64,000 nt of DNA from Aplysia californica (Eukaryota). A model generated the notes under the pieces. The model saw only the letters and a program-made list of their open reading frames with translations. It searched no databases and was not told where the DNA came from. Both the position numbers and the translations under genes were made by a program. Every line of letters begins with the position of its first letter. Positions within the stretch are counted from its first letter, which is position 1. This document shows positions 12,216-24,583 of this stretch, piece by piece. The stretch covers positions 1,448,375 through 1,512,374 of the forward strand of contig NW_004797382.1 of assembly GCF_000002075.1 (NCBI RefSeq). The letters are read 5' to 3'.

Positions 12216-14540
12216 GTAAGTACCAGCGTCTATTCTACTGTACAACTTGCTTTCTATTGATGCACTACAGTGATAGAAATATTGAGCAGGAGCCACTGTT
12301 AGTACGAGCGTCTATTCTACTGGACAACTTGCTCTCTATTGATGCACTACAGTGATAGAAAACATTACTGACGTGAGGAAGATAGCCACAGTAAGTACGA
12401 GCATCTATTCTACTGGACAACTTGCTTTCTATTGATGCACTACAGTGATAGAAAACATTACTGACATGAGGAAGATAGCCACAGTAAGTACGAGCATCTA
12501 TTCTACTGGACAACTTGCTTTCTATTGATGCACTACAGTGATAGAAAACATTACTGACGTGAGGAAGATAGCCACAGTAAGTACGAGCATCTATTCTACT
12601 GGACAACTTGCTTTCTATTGATGCACTACAGTGATAGAAAACATTACTGACGTGAGGAAGATAGCCACAGTAAGTACGAGCATCTATTCTACTGGACAAC
12701 TTGCTTTCTATTGATGCACTACAGTGATAGAAAACATTACTGACGTGAGGAAGATAGCCACAGTAAGTACGAGCGTCTATTCTACTGGACAACTTGCTTT
12801 CTATTGATGCACTACAGTGATAGAAAACATTACTGACGTGAGGAAGATAGCCACAGTAAGTACGAGCATCTATTCTACTGGACAACTTGCTTTCTATTGA
12901 TGCACTACAGTGATAGAAAACATTACTGACGTGAGGAAGATAGCCACAGTAAGTACGAGCATCTATTCTACTGGACAACTTGCTTTCTATTGATGCACTA
13001 CAGTGATAGAAAACATTACTGACGTGAGGAAGATAGCCACAGTAAGTACGAGCATCTATTCTACTGGACAACTTGCTTTCTATTGATGCACTACAGTGAT
13101 AGAAAACATTACTGACGTGAGGAAGATAGCCACAGTAAGTACGAGCGTCTATTCTACTGGACAACTTGCTTTCTATTGATGCACTACAGTGATAGAAAAC
13201 ATTACTGACGTGAGGAAGATAGCCACAGTAAGTACGAGCGTCTATTCTACTGGACAACTTGCTTTCTATTGATGCACTACAGTGATAGAAAACATTACTG
13301 ACGTGAGGAAGATAGCCACAGTAAGTACGAGCATCTATTCTACTGGACAACTTGCTTTCTATTGATGCACTACAGTGATAGAAAACATTACTGACGTGAG
13401 GAAGATAGCCACAGTAAGTACGAGCATCTATTCTACTGGACAACTTGCTTTCTATTGATGCACTACAGTGATAGAAAACATTACTGACGTGAGGAAGATA
13501 GCCACAGTAAGTACGAGCATCTATTCTACTGGACAACTTGCTTTCTATTGATGCACTACAGTGATAGAAAACATTACTGACGTGAGGAAGATAGCCACAG
13601 TAAGTACGAGCATCTATTCTACTGGACAACTTGCTCTCTATTGATGCACTACAGTGATAGAAAACATTACTGACGTGAGGAAGATAGCCACAGTAAGTAC
13701 GAGCATCTATTCTACTGGACAACTTGCTCTCTATTGATGCACTACAGTGATAGAAAACATTACTGACGTGAGGAAGATAGCCACAGTAAGTACGAGCATC
13801 TATTCTACTGGACAACTTGCTCTCTATTGATGCACTACAGTGATAGAAATATTGAGCAGGAGCCACTGTTAGTACGAGCGTCTATTCTACTGGACAACTT
13901 GCTCTCTATTGATGCACTACAGTGATAGAAAACATTACTGACGTGAGGAAGATAGCCACAGTAAGTACGAGCATCTATTCTACTGGACAACTTGCTCTCT
14001 ATTGATGCACTACAGTGATAGAAAACATTACTGACGTGAGGAAGATAGCCACAGTAAGTACGAGCATCTATTCTACTGGACAACTTGCTCTCTATTGATG
14101 CACTACAGTGATAGAAAACATTACTGACGTGAGGAAGATAGCCACAGTAAGTACGAGCATCTATTCTACTGGACAACTTGCTCTCTATTGATGCACTACA
14201 GTGATAGAAAACATTACTGACGTGAGGAAGATAGCCACAGTAAGTACGAGCATCTATTCTACTGGACAACTTGCTTTCTATTGATGCACTACAGTGATAG
14301 AAAACATTACTGACGTGAGGAAGATAGCCACAGTAAGTACGAGCATCTATTCTACTGGACAACTTGCTCTCTATTGATGCACTACAGTGATAGAAAACAT
14401 TACTGACGTGAGGAAGATAGCCACAGTAAGTACGAGCATCTATTCTACTGGACAACTTGCTCTCTATTGATGCACTACAGTGATAGAAATATTGAGCAGG
14501 AGCCACTGTTAGTACGAGCATCTATTCTACTGGACAACTT
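12183..14540 (+). repeat. 93-bp tandem array derived from the exon 3' end plus 5' splice site
   Basis: Founding unit at 12183; standard units from 12358 (x16) and 13928 (x6); 82-bp variant units at 12276, 13846 and 14486 (partial). Confidence 0.97.
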
Positions 14541-15248
14541 TTCTTTTCCCTTTTACTAGAGGGAGGTACCAGATTGAGAAACAAGCACTGCATTCCTGTG
14601 AAAGTCCTCTTCATTTCTATCTAGTTTTTCCCTCTTTGATCTTTGGCATTTAAAAGAGAAATTAAGAGTTTAATGATCAGTTATACTTTGTGCATATAGT
14701 GCCTTGCCTGAGACTTTCTCGGAAAGTTCAGAAAGTTTACTGAGTGAGTTGATTGAGAGAAAGTTTAGCTCTCTGGTTGTCATTGCAGTCATAAAAAAAA
14801 AAAATCAGCTTTCTGGGGGCTTTCACCCATTGAATCAGAATTTTTTTAGCAGCAGTGTTTTTACACACTGTATGTTCTTACATTTTGTAAATCACAGATG
14901 TGTATACAGATCTAGGTTACAGAAATTAAAATCTTTGCTTTGCTTTAAAATTACCTTTTTCAATGTAACAAATGAGCATTCAGTTGACGATTCTTTCAAT
15001 GACCTATCACCTTCATGTTTCATCTGCCTTATTTCAGCTTGCCTAGGTCAAGTTTTAATCTTCCTAGTGCCAACCCACCCAGACTCCCACTATCAGCCCA
15101 CTATCAGCCCACTATCAGCCCACTATCGGCCCACTATCAGCCCACTATCAGCCCACTCCAGCTGTTTTGAAACTTCCACTTCCACTCTCAGCCCCTTTCC
15201 TCTTCCAAGTGTATTGAACTCCTCCTTTCCTTCTTTTTTTCTTTACAG

Positions 15249-15326
15249 ATTGCTTTTTCCGAGCTGAATCCATTCCCCATGAGGTCAATCAGCTCCAAGA
15301 GACACCATCACTTACAGCATGTCAAG
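15249..15326 (+). CDS. TBC1D2B: TBC1D2B-like exon (IAFSELNPFPMRSISSKRHHHLQHVK)
   Basis: ttacag acceptor and gtagg donor. The IAFxxLNPFP motif matches my recollection of the TBC1D2/2B C-terminus. Confidence 0.88.
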
Positions 15327-15368
15327 GTAGGTAGCAAGTGTCCACACAAGATTCAATAAAGAAGAAAA

Positions 15369-15803
15369 GTGAGGCAGCGTGGTGGAATCAGGCTCTCGTC
15401 AATTTTTGGGCATGTAGAGTTATTTTTATCATCTTAAAGCGTGTTCATTTGTCTTTATTTGGATGAAAAAGATATCCATTTATCTTGAATACAAGCCGAG
15501 ATATTTGGGAAAGAAGGAGGTGGGGGTCACCTGTTTTCAGAGGTAAAATTAGTGAGAAAATGGCCGCCAAAGATTAGTCATTTACTAAGCTTAAGAGTCC
15601 GTGGTAACAGAAAATTTACATTTTTTGTTCCTTTAATCAACGTTTTTCAGAAAAATTCACACAGAAATGAGTTCTTTAATGGGCATGAAAGGTGTTGAGC
15701 CAAAAAACAAAAATTCAATAAAAACCCACAAACCTGCGGAAAAATGCAAGTTTCTTGACTTCGATTATTTTGACGAGAGCCTGATTCCACCACGCTGCCT
15801 CAC
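15369..15803. mobile_element. Non-autonomous DNA transposon (MITE family B, Sola-like), copy 1
   Basis: Terminal inverted repeat (TIR) gtgaggcagcgtggtggaatcaggctctcgtcaa; 4-bp TSD aaaa. Confidence 0.88.
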
Positions 15804-16506
15804 AAAATGTTTTTCACTTCTGTTGTCCACTGGTAACCAATAGCAATGTTAAAACTCTTCTTCCAGATAAATCGGAAATGTTTCTATTGACATCATCCAG
15901 CACATGTTTCAGAAATGCTATGCTTTTCTTACGAAAACAAACTAGCTAATACCAAAAGTCTTGACTGAATGTAGTTTTCCAATAATTGAAAATTCCTGTC
16001 TTACCCATGTGCCAAATATTCTGATAACATTATTTATCCTAGCAGTCCAGTTTTTCCGCAGCTAATTTTGTATTACTAAGATAAATACCAAGCATTTTGA
16101 TTGTATCAGTAAATTGAATCCACAACGGATCATTTGTAGTCATGGCGTGTGATTTGTGTATGCTAAGATGTAAATCTGAAATTACTGAAAAATTATCGAA
16201 GATTGACAAAGCTTCTTTTCATATCCATTGAGTCACGAAAAAAGCATACCAGCGTACATACAGACTGATCTTTGTGGGCGCTAGGCCAATGTGAGCACTT
16301 ATGCCCTGTATGGCCGTATCCTGAATTATTTTGTGAGCTGAAATTTCCACAAAATAATTGTGGCAACAATCAAGCATACTCATTTCTTGGCTCCTTTTCT
16401 TCTGAGTCTTTCCAGGCATAGGTTCTGTTTATAATATGTTTGATGATTTTAAGAGTGTTGGAACCCTTCATTATACATGTTGGCTGTGTTTCTCTTCCTG
16501 TTTCAG

Positions 16507-16638
16507 TTTGAACTTGAAGAATTGGAGGCAATACGTAAAGATTTCAAGTCTGCACATGAGAGTGAAGAGTTTGATCATCAAGAGGAGGAGAGGGAAGGCT
16601 ATATCAGCGATGATGACCTGGATGACCCGAGGGACTGA
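16507..16638 (+). CDS. TBC1D2B: TBC1D2B-like last coding exon (FELEELEAIRKDF...GYISDDDLDDPRD*)
   Basis: tttcag acceptor; ELxELEAIRxDF plus an acidic SDD tail as recalled for TBC1D2B; TGA at 16636-16638. Confidence 0.88.
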   Translation, partial: FELEELEAIRKDFKSAHESEEFDHQEEEREGYISDDDLDDPRD

Positions 16639-17491
16639 TTGGAGGGAAGATTTTTCTGTCGACTGATTTTGTACTTACTGTTCCAGGAAGGCAAAAGAGA
16701 AGGGGAGGAGGAGGGGGGGGGGGGGGGGGAGGTGATGATGCTGTGATAATTTTGCTCAAAAGATAGATGGGAGGCCTTTTCGACCCATTTCTTTTGTGTG
16801 TGTTTGTGTTTTGTTTTGTTTTTTGCTCTGCGTTTGGGATAAGAGCTCATTTGAAATATATATACTATGAAACTGAAAAAGACACATGACTGCCATTTTG
16901 GTGACTGAGAAGAAATTAGTGGTGATTTTAAGAAATCTGTTTGAATCAGTTTAGGCTTCTTTTGTGCTGAGTTACCTTTGATCTTCAGCAGCTGGTGTTG
17001 GCCGAGGTGGATCCCGTTTGATGTATTGAAACATGTGAGCATTAAGAAAGTCAGGTGTGGGAAGGTACTATAGCTTCTGTTGAAAGAAATCCAAAGAACT
17101 GGTTATAATGAACTGAGATTTTCTACTGATAGAGGTATTTTTTATTTATGCCTCAATTGAGAAGTGTACGTATTTTGATGGATTCTGTTTGACGTATTCT
17201 TGGACACTGTGAGCTGAGAAAGTTGAACTGAAAAACACCACTACAGTTTCGATCTTCAGATTTTTTGAGCCTTAGAAATTTTTTATTTGTCTAATTTCTC
17301 TTTTGAAACAGTTTAAAATTCTTTTTTGCTCTGTAGAAAGTCAGTTAAGACATGATGTGAACTTTCAAAAACATTGGAAAATAACTTCTGTAGATGCTGG
17401 TTGCTGTCCTGTACAATTATTTGTATTTTTATAGAAGTTGACTTGTTCTTTTACCATCCTGTGCCTATGTTTCAATTTTCTCTTTTTGAAT

Positions 17492-17830
17492 AAGATCAGG
17501 ACACCTGTTTGCTGTGGTGAAATTGCCTAGTATGGGATCCCCTAGGAAAGATCAGGACACCTGTTTGCTGTGGTGAAATTGCCTAGTGTGGGATCCCCTA
17601 GGAAAGATCAGGACACCTGTTTGCTGTGGTGAAATTGCCTAGTGTGGGATCCCCTAGGAAAGATCAGGACACCTGTTTGCTGTGGTGAAATTGCCTAGTG
17701 TGAGATCCCCTAGGAAAGATCAGGACACCTGTTTGCTGTGGTGAAATTGCCTAGTGTGGGATCCCCTAGGAAAGATCAGGACACCTGTTTGCTGTGGTGA
17801 AATTGCCTAGTGTGGGATCCCCTAGGAAAG
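17492..17830. repeat. 56-bp tandem repeat, 6 copies, in the putative TBC1D2B 3' UTR
   Basis: aagatcaggacacctgtttgctgtgg...gggatcccctagga at 56-bp spacing. Confidence 0.95.
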
Positions 17831-18775
17831 GGGAGCAGTAATGGAAGGCACTAGTTATGGTTGTGGCTTGCCTATTTCCTGCTATGTAGAAGATGTCTTC
17901 ACCACCAGTAGTTTTCCATTGTGCTTAAATTGTTATAATTCTTCTTTGGTGTTTTAGATCTTATTGTAAAATACTGGTCAGATGTACAATGTTGATAAAC
18001 TCTCAGACAAAACGGAAGTTTACCATTGTTGTGGTTTATTGTTACTTGTTTCTCTAGAAATCAATTGGTGTTTTAATGTGAAGATGAACTGTTCTCTATA
18101 GCTAGTTTTATTCTACATTTGGGATATCGGCTCATTGTCTCTCTTTAGCGGCATAAGAGCTCTTGGGTACGCTATGTTATTGCTCTCAGCTGTAATAGCA
18201 CCATTAATCAAAAACAGAATTAGGTGTGTGATTGTTCATTGGTACTGTAATGTCAGTAACAGTGATTAGAAGTATTATATTCTGTTGGTGAAGATTTCAT
18301 GCTCAACTAGAATACAGTTTTCAGAGGCAAGTATACATTTTTGTGTGTTGATTTTGCCTTTGATGATGAATGTTTCACTTGTTCTGTTAGAATATATGCC
18401 TAAATGTCTTGCTTGCAGTTTGATGATTTGATGAACAAGCTGATGCAGATTTTTGCACAGAGAATAAACGTTTGGAGAGGTGAATTATTCAGTGTACATC
18501 ACATAGTGGTCGCAAATACTCAGAGCTCAGAGTGTACAGCTTTCTTATAGACTGAAAAAAAAAATTTCAGTTGGGATGAAATTTTGTCTCAAAGAAAAAT
18601 AATAATTTAAAAGTTAATTTAGAGTCCCTTTTCTCTCCCTACTTGGCTCACTTGATATTAACTACAATTACCAGTACGTTTTTCTTGCCCAGGGTAATAA
18701 TTTGTGACGAGAGATTATTTTTTATGGTATTAGAAATGGTTTTTGCTACATTTATGATGTATATTTATTTTCTTG

Positions 18776-18955
18776 GTTTCAGTGGCATATTGTGCTACTG
18801 GGTCCATTTATTTGCTGGAGCTGATGGCTAGTTTCAGTGGCATATTGTGCTACTGGGTCCATTTATTTGCTGGAGCTGATGGCTAGTTTCAGTGGCATAT
18901 TGTGCTACTGGGTCCATTTATTTGCTGGAGCTGATGGCTAGTTTCAGTGGCATAT
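18776..18955. repeat. 55-bp tandem repeat, about 3.3 copies
   Basis: gtttcagtggcatattgtgctactggg... at 18776, 18831, 18886 and 18941. Confidence 0.92.
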
Positions 18956-19359
18956 TTGATTTCAACACATACATTGAATATTGAAGGATCAGTCGATAAG
19001 AATCATTGTGATGATGATCCTATTAAATAATATCATCTACTTTTGCCAAGGGGAGACAAAGGGCTTTTCTTTAAGTCAATGTTTCTTTACTTTGTGACTT
19101 TTACACCATTACGTGAAAACAAAACCAAGTAGAAACAGGTGCTGCTTTTTTAATGTTTTTAATTAAGTTTAGAAAAGCATAATACAGTATACATGATACT
19201 CTTTAACTTATTAAACTTTCTGTATTTGAAAAGTTTTAGCCGGTGACTTAGTTTCTCTTAGCCTCTGTGTGTCTTACAAAGTTGCATAACAGTAAGCCCT
19301 CTGATCGAAACAAGGGTAAGAGTACAGCACTCACAAATGACTGTTCTTTCATCTTGTCT

Positions 19360-19660
19360 TTGGAAGATCATAAAATTCCACTGGTCGGACACCATCAGAA
19401 ACACCATCAGAACTGTAGTTATGGAGGCGAACTAATCAACAGCCAATTGAATGTGAGATAAAAAAAAGAAGGTGGGGATGGACTGGACTCACTGCAAGCC
19501 AGCCCACAAAGCAACAAGACAAAACCTCAAATAGAGCCCCTGGGGAAAGAGAAGGAGAGAAAAGAGCCGCGAGAAGGACTCTTCTTGGTGGCTTATACCC
19601 AATATCAGGGTATACCCAATATCAGGGTGAAAGAAGTGAATAATGATCATGATGATGTAC
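19360..19660 (+). mobile_element. Degenerate RTE-type LINE 3' fragment
   Basis: Disrupted translation resembles QPIE.EIKKRRWGW.GH...WNPQGKR; atgatgat tail. Confidence 0.55.
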
Positions 19661-21711
19661 GGAACTCATATGTGGGTTTATTTTCCTCTGGTTTAGTGCC
19701 ATGTATATTTTGATGATGCTCTCAACATGTCCACTAGTACTGCAAGCCGTATCTTTTCATTGGTGGTGACATTTACTTTCACATTTCTCCAATGCTAGCA
19801 ACTAGTCTTATTATGTTTTATACTTCTTTAAGAAAACGATGTTGTCTTTCCTTTTTAGTCGTTCCCTATAAGAAAGACAATGAGACTTTAGCAGGCTGAC
19901 AATCTTCATCATCACATGTGCATTTGTGTGGGTATGTGTGCTTGTGTTTGTATGTGCTTGTGCACGCATGTGTTTTTATGTATATATAAATATGTGTATG
20001 TTCGTCATGAGTCATTTTTCTGTTTGATTCTTATGAAGACTGGTATTATTTTAAAAATGTTCAAGTAAATCTATCTGAGTAGAATTTCTTATTAGATGGA
20101 GAAGGCGCACCTCCTAGAAAGCTTTCAGTAGCTGATAATGCCAGAATGATAGGGAGAACTGTGTTATCATTGAAGGGGACAGTATTTGTGTTCTGGCAGT
20201 CTACTCCCTGTGATGATAGTTGATTTACCTACATCTGGTCAGTGTGGGGGAAAGAATGCTATTTGGAACTTGTGTTCGGGAATAACCTGTGACCTGAACA
20301 TCTGCTACATTGTGAATACAGAGTGGTTTTGAGACATTCCTTGTTACATTTGATACCTACAACTTTTTAAAAGTAATTGAATGTGCATTTTGTTTTCCAG
20401 AATTGTTTGATAGAATCTGTAGTTTGATGACATAATTTGATTGTCTGTCATTCTGTTGCATGCGAGTCTAAGGCATTGTCTTGTATGTATGGTATATATG
20501 TATGCAAATGAGTGTAGGTTTTCTACTTTGAAGTAGTGTTCATTGTTGAAATACCAGGTGCCCTCACAAAAATGTCCTTTTATGTGTGGCTAAATTCCTC
20601 ACCATCTGTTGTTAAAGTGAGAGAAGACATTGCTTGAAGTCTTTCACTGCACGTGATCACCAACTAAGCAAACCTATTGTAAATATAATTGTTCTTGAAT
20701 CCTTTACTTACTCTTAGTTCTTTTCCCCTGAGAAAAATGAATCTTGCCTTTCACGAAACGTTCATTGTGCCTCATACGAGTGCTGTGGAGAATTACAACC
20801 TTTTCTGATTGCTGTCACTGTGTTATATGTTTTTTGTGTGTATATTTTATTAATTTACATTTGTAAATTGGAATCCAACAAGGTTTGGAAGAGGCTGTTT
20901 TGTTTGTGACCCCTGGATTTAGGTCAGTGTCGAGGTTTGTTAGTGTTAGTATCATGGACATTTCTAAAGTCCTTCAATTGTGACTTTAGAAGAAAAACTG
21001 AGAACAAAAATTATTATATAGCTGGAATCTTTGATGCTAGCCAAAATAAGAATAAGTTGTTTTGACCACATTTGTTCAGAGTTTTGCTTACTACCTTTAC
21101 TGTGTCTCCATAGGACTGCACGGTTTTGTTAATACTCAAGTGTTCTTCAAAAACCTTCAAGAGCATGAAGCAGTATCTACAGTTTAATGTCAAAGAAATA
21201 TGCGTTATAAAATTGAAATCCGTCTCGAGTGTCATTTTTAGCTAGATAGTTCTTGTGCCATGTTCCTTATTGAAGCAAAATGATGATTGGTGTATTTGCA
21301 GACAGATTTTTTAATGCCCTGTGTAAGCTGCATTTTTTTAACTGGCTCTGATGAATTCCATTTCCTTTTCTTTTTCTTGAGAGTTTTATCAGTGCAGAAA
21401 GGCCTCTCCAAGAAAATGAGTACCCTTCCTTCTGCGTTTGTCAGAGATTTGAAGAAATTCATGAATATGCTTGTGCATCCAACTGATTAAAGGGGAAAAG
21501 ATAAGGAGAATTATTTAAATACATGAATGTCTTGTCATAACAATAACTGGTTTCCCCTGCTTCTAAGGTGTAGTAAGTAGGCTCTTTATGCTTGGACTCA
21601 AAATACAGGAATTCAGTTCCAGAATGGGAAGTCTTTTTTTTATTGAATATCAGCATCAGTGTTCAAAATAATGTTAAAAATCACTAACAGAAAAGTGAAG
21701 AAGTACAAATG

Positions 21712-21870
21712 GCGTTCATGTGACCTTATGCAGTTGCGGGCGCTGTAAAACCTTACGAGAACCAAGAAGTTTGACCTTATGCAGTTGCGGGCGCTGTAAA
21801 ACCTTACTCGAACAAAGAAGTTTGACCTTATGCAGTTGCGGGCGCTGTAAAACCTTACTAGAACAAAGAA
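21712..21870 (+). repeat. 51-bp tandem repeat (x3) of the LINE/SINE 3'-terminal motif
   Basis: tgaccttatgcagttgcgggcgctgtaaaacc at 21721, 21772 and 21823. Confidence 0.85.
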
Positions 21871-22050
21871 GCACAACTCAATTTTCTGACTTATGGAGTG
21901 AAAGTCCTGAAAAATCTGTTTCCATGTGTGTTTCTTTCCCTCTTATCTTGCATTCATCCTTCGTTTGGTCCTCCTTACTTCTTTTGCTTTCCCTCTTATC
22001 TTACATTCATCCTTCGTTTGAGGGCATGATAGATATGTCCTACTTTTTGT

Positions 22051-22343
22051 CTTGACCGTCTTTGTTGCTGTTTGTCTTGCTTGTTTCTTGACCGTCTTTG
22101 TTGCTGTTTGTCTTGCTTGTTTCTTGACCTTCTTTGTTGCTGTCTGTCTTGCTTGTTTCTTGACCGTCTTTGTTGCTGTCTGTCTTGCTTGTTTCTTGAC
22201 CTTCTTTGTTGCTGTCTGTCTTGCTTGTTTCTTGACCGTCTTTGTTGCTGTCTGTCTTGCTTGTTTCTTGACCTTCTTTGTTGCTGTTTGTCTTGCTTGT
22301 TTCTTGACCTTCTTTGTTGCTGGTAGTCTTGCTTGTTTCTTGC
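22051..22343. repeat. 36-bp TC/TG-rich tandem repeat, about 8 copies
   Basis: Unit cttgaccgtctttgttgctgtctgtcttgcttgttt. Confidence 0.95.
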
Positions 22344-23493
22344 ACTGAATGGTCATCTAGTTAACAGTAGGCTCCTCTTTACCAAAATCAAAGCTTTTTC
22401 ATTTTCTTTCCCGTGAGACATAACATCTGTACATTTTGTAAAGTTGTATAAAGTAAACCTTTTTTCTAAGCACGCTACAAAGCACAAGTTTGGGGTTGTT
22501 TTTTGTTGTTGTTTTTTTTTACATTTGTGGGCTCTTTTGTAAATATGCTTTGTAATTTTGTTGTAAATGACATCACAATCAATTGCAAAATGGGAAACGA
22601 AATCCAGGAAATTTGGTGAATTCTGTTGAAGGACTTTGCTTTCATCTCACATGCATTTCGATAACCAAGTCATTGAGAGGCAGTCTGACAAAATTATTTA
22701 TTTCTCACTTTGAGCCCCAGTGATACAGCAAATTATAGGTTGAGTTCAAACAATTACTGGGTATGAAAGGATAAAAGACATGTTGAACTTGAAGAAAATG
22801 GCGTCAGTTGAAAATCCAGTATTTTGACACGTGTCAGTTATCAGCTGATATCTCCATTAACGGATTTTGAGAAGAAACTCATTTTGTCATCATATCTGAC
22901 ATATATTGTTGTTTGTCATAGTCCATCCATATATTAGTCTTCTGGAAGACCCTTCTTTGTCTATTCAGGGGTCAACCTCAAACCAAACAAACCTCCATGT
23001 ATGTCCTTTGTAAATTTTGATGAGTGTACTGTTTGTCAATTCATTTCTTCCTCCCTTTCTCTCTTTTCATTGTGTGCACAGTATATGTATTTTAACCACT
23101 ACCAAGTTTGACTGATTGTAACTGTATATTCACTTACTGGTGGGTGTGTCTGTATGTGTGTGTAGGGACGGGGGGGGGGGGGGGGGAGGGTCGTTACGAT
23201 TAAGACTTAATGGATTTGGGGGTTAAATTAGAAGGTTAAGATTTATGGATGGTTTGCTGTTTTTCCCCGCGACAGCAGCTACTTGTAAGGATAACACTGG
23301 TTACATTACTGATTAACCAAAGTTCTCATGAAAGTGTTGAGCCCAAATTAAAGATTAGGGACATTAGTAAATGTAATGCTGTTTCAACTTTCCGACCTAC
23401 TATGTTGGGTTGCTATTTCACCCACTGCGGTGCATGAAAAGATTGTTCTACTTAATTCTGAATGTTGACAGAAAATTTGATCAACCTATGGAC

Positions 23494-23670
23494 GTGGGTG
23501 GTTGGCAGGTGCTCTGGTGTGGTTTGCTCCTTCTTTCCAATCAAACATCTGTCGTCCTTATCTCTCCTACTTTTTTGTTTATGTTACTCTCTTGTACCAC
23601 ATCTATTCTTCGGCACTTATATGACCTTATTGTTTTGCAAGTGCCGTAAAACTCTTACAAAAAAAATAAA
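23494..23670 (+). mobile_element. Short retroposon family A, copy 2
   Basis: Starts gtgggtggttggc; ends gtgccgtaaaactcttac plus an A-rich tail. Confidence 0.8.
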
Positions 23671-24397
23671 AAACCCAGCCTGTCTACATTTTCAGCGTTC
23701 TTGTTGAAGTAAAATTATCACGTATTTTGGAAGCATTTTCATGTGTCGGTTCTTTGGAATCATTTGATACATATCTGGATGTTTGTGATGTGCCTTAAGT
23801 CTTGTTGGTAAAATGAGTTTGTGCTGCAAGTTATTCTTTGATGAACAGTCAGTATTATTGATTAGTTTTGCTAGTACACTATTGGTTTTTGAAATACACG
23901 TGACTGGGTTTAAGGAAACTGAGGGTTGAATGCAATTTCTTCAACACAAACAGAGAAAAGCATGAATAAAGTCATTTTGTTTGTTGGACACTGTACTGTG
24001 TTGTTTGCAGAGATTCTGCAAAAAGTGATCTTTGCTTTTAAGTAAAAATCTTATTGGGTTCAGAATCAGACAGGTACAAGTAAAAACAAAGTTTCCCTGT
24101 TTTGTAATGTGAACAATGTAAAGGTCATTCAGTGTATCTCCTATGACAATCAAATACCTCATAATGACTTCATTGAAAGTTCCCTTAACATACTTGGCAT
24201 GCTTCATTACTTTTAAAATATCTTCGTGAACAATAAGGGATTGCCTATTCAAGCATACTGTATTTGCGAGTGACTTTCCTGTGTGCATTGTCTGCATAGT
24301 TGATTTTCTTCAGATAAAGACATCTCATGTCAACTTTTTTCTCCTTTTTCAAATTCTTCTCAAAAGCTGTTGTCATTTTATTACCGACCTCCCCCCC

Positions 24398-24583
24398 CCC
24401 AAAGATGTATGTGTCAGTTCTTTTGTATCTTCTATTGTTCCTTCTCCGAATAGATTGAACCCAAAGATGTATGTGTCAGTTCTTTTGTATCTTCTATTGT
24501 TCCTTCTCCAAATAGATTGAACCCAAAGATGTATGTGTCAGTTCTGTTGTATCTTCTATTGTTCCTTCTCCAAATAGATTGAA
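24398..24583. repeat. 62-bp tandem repeat, 3 copies
   Basis: cccaaagatgtatgtgtcagttc...atagattgaa. Confidence 0.9.

Noticed and set aside
12183-14540. CRISPR-like array
   Set aside because: Units are fully repeated with no unique spacers, there are no cas genes, and the context is a eukaryotic intron.
21943-22356. Lys/Thr-rich and hydrophobic repetitive ORFs (histone-H1-like or membrane-like)
   Set aside because: Translations of the 36-bp tandem repeat, open on both strands, with no splice or homology support.
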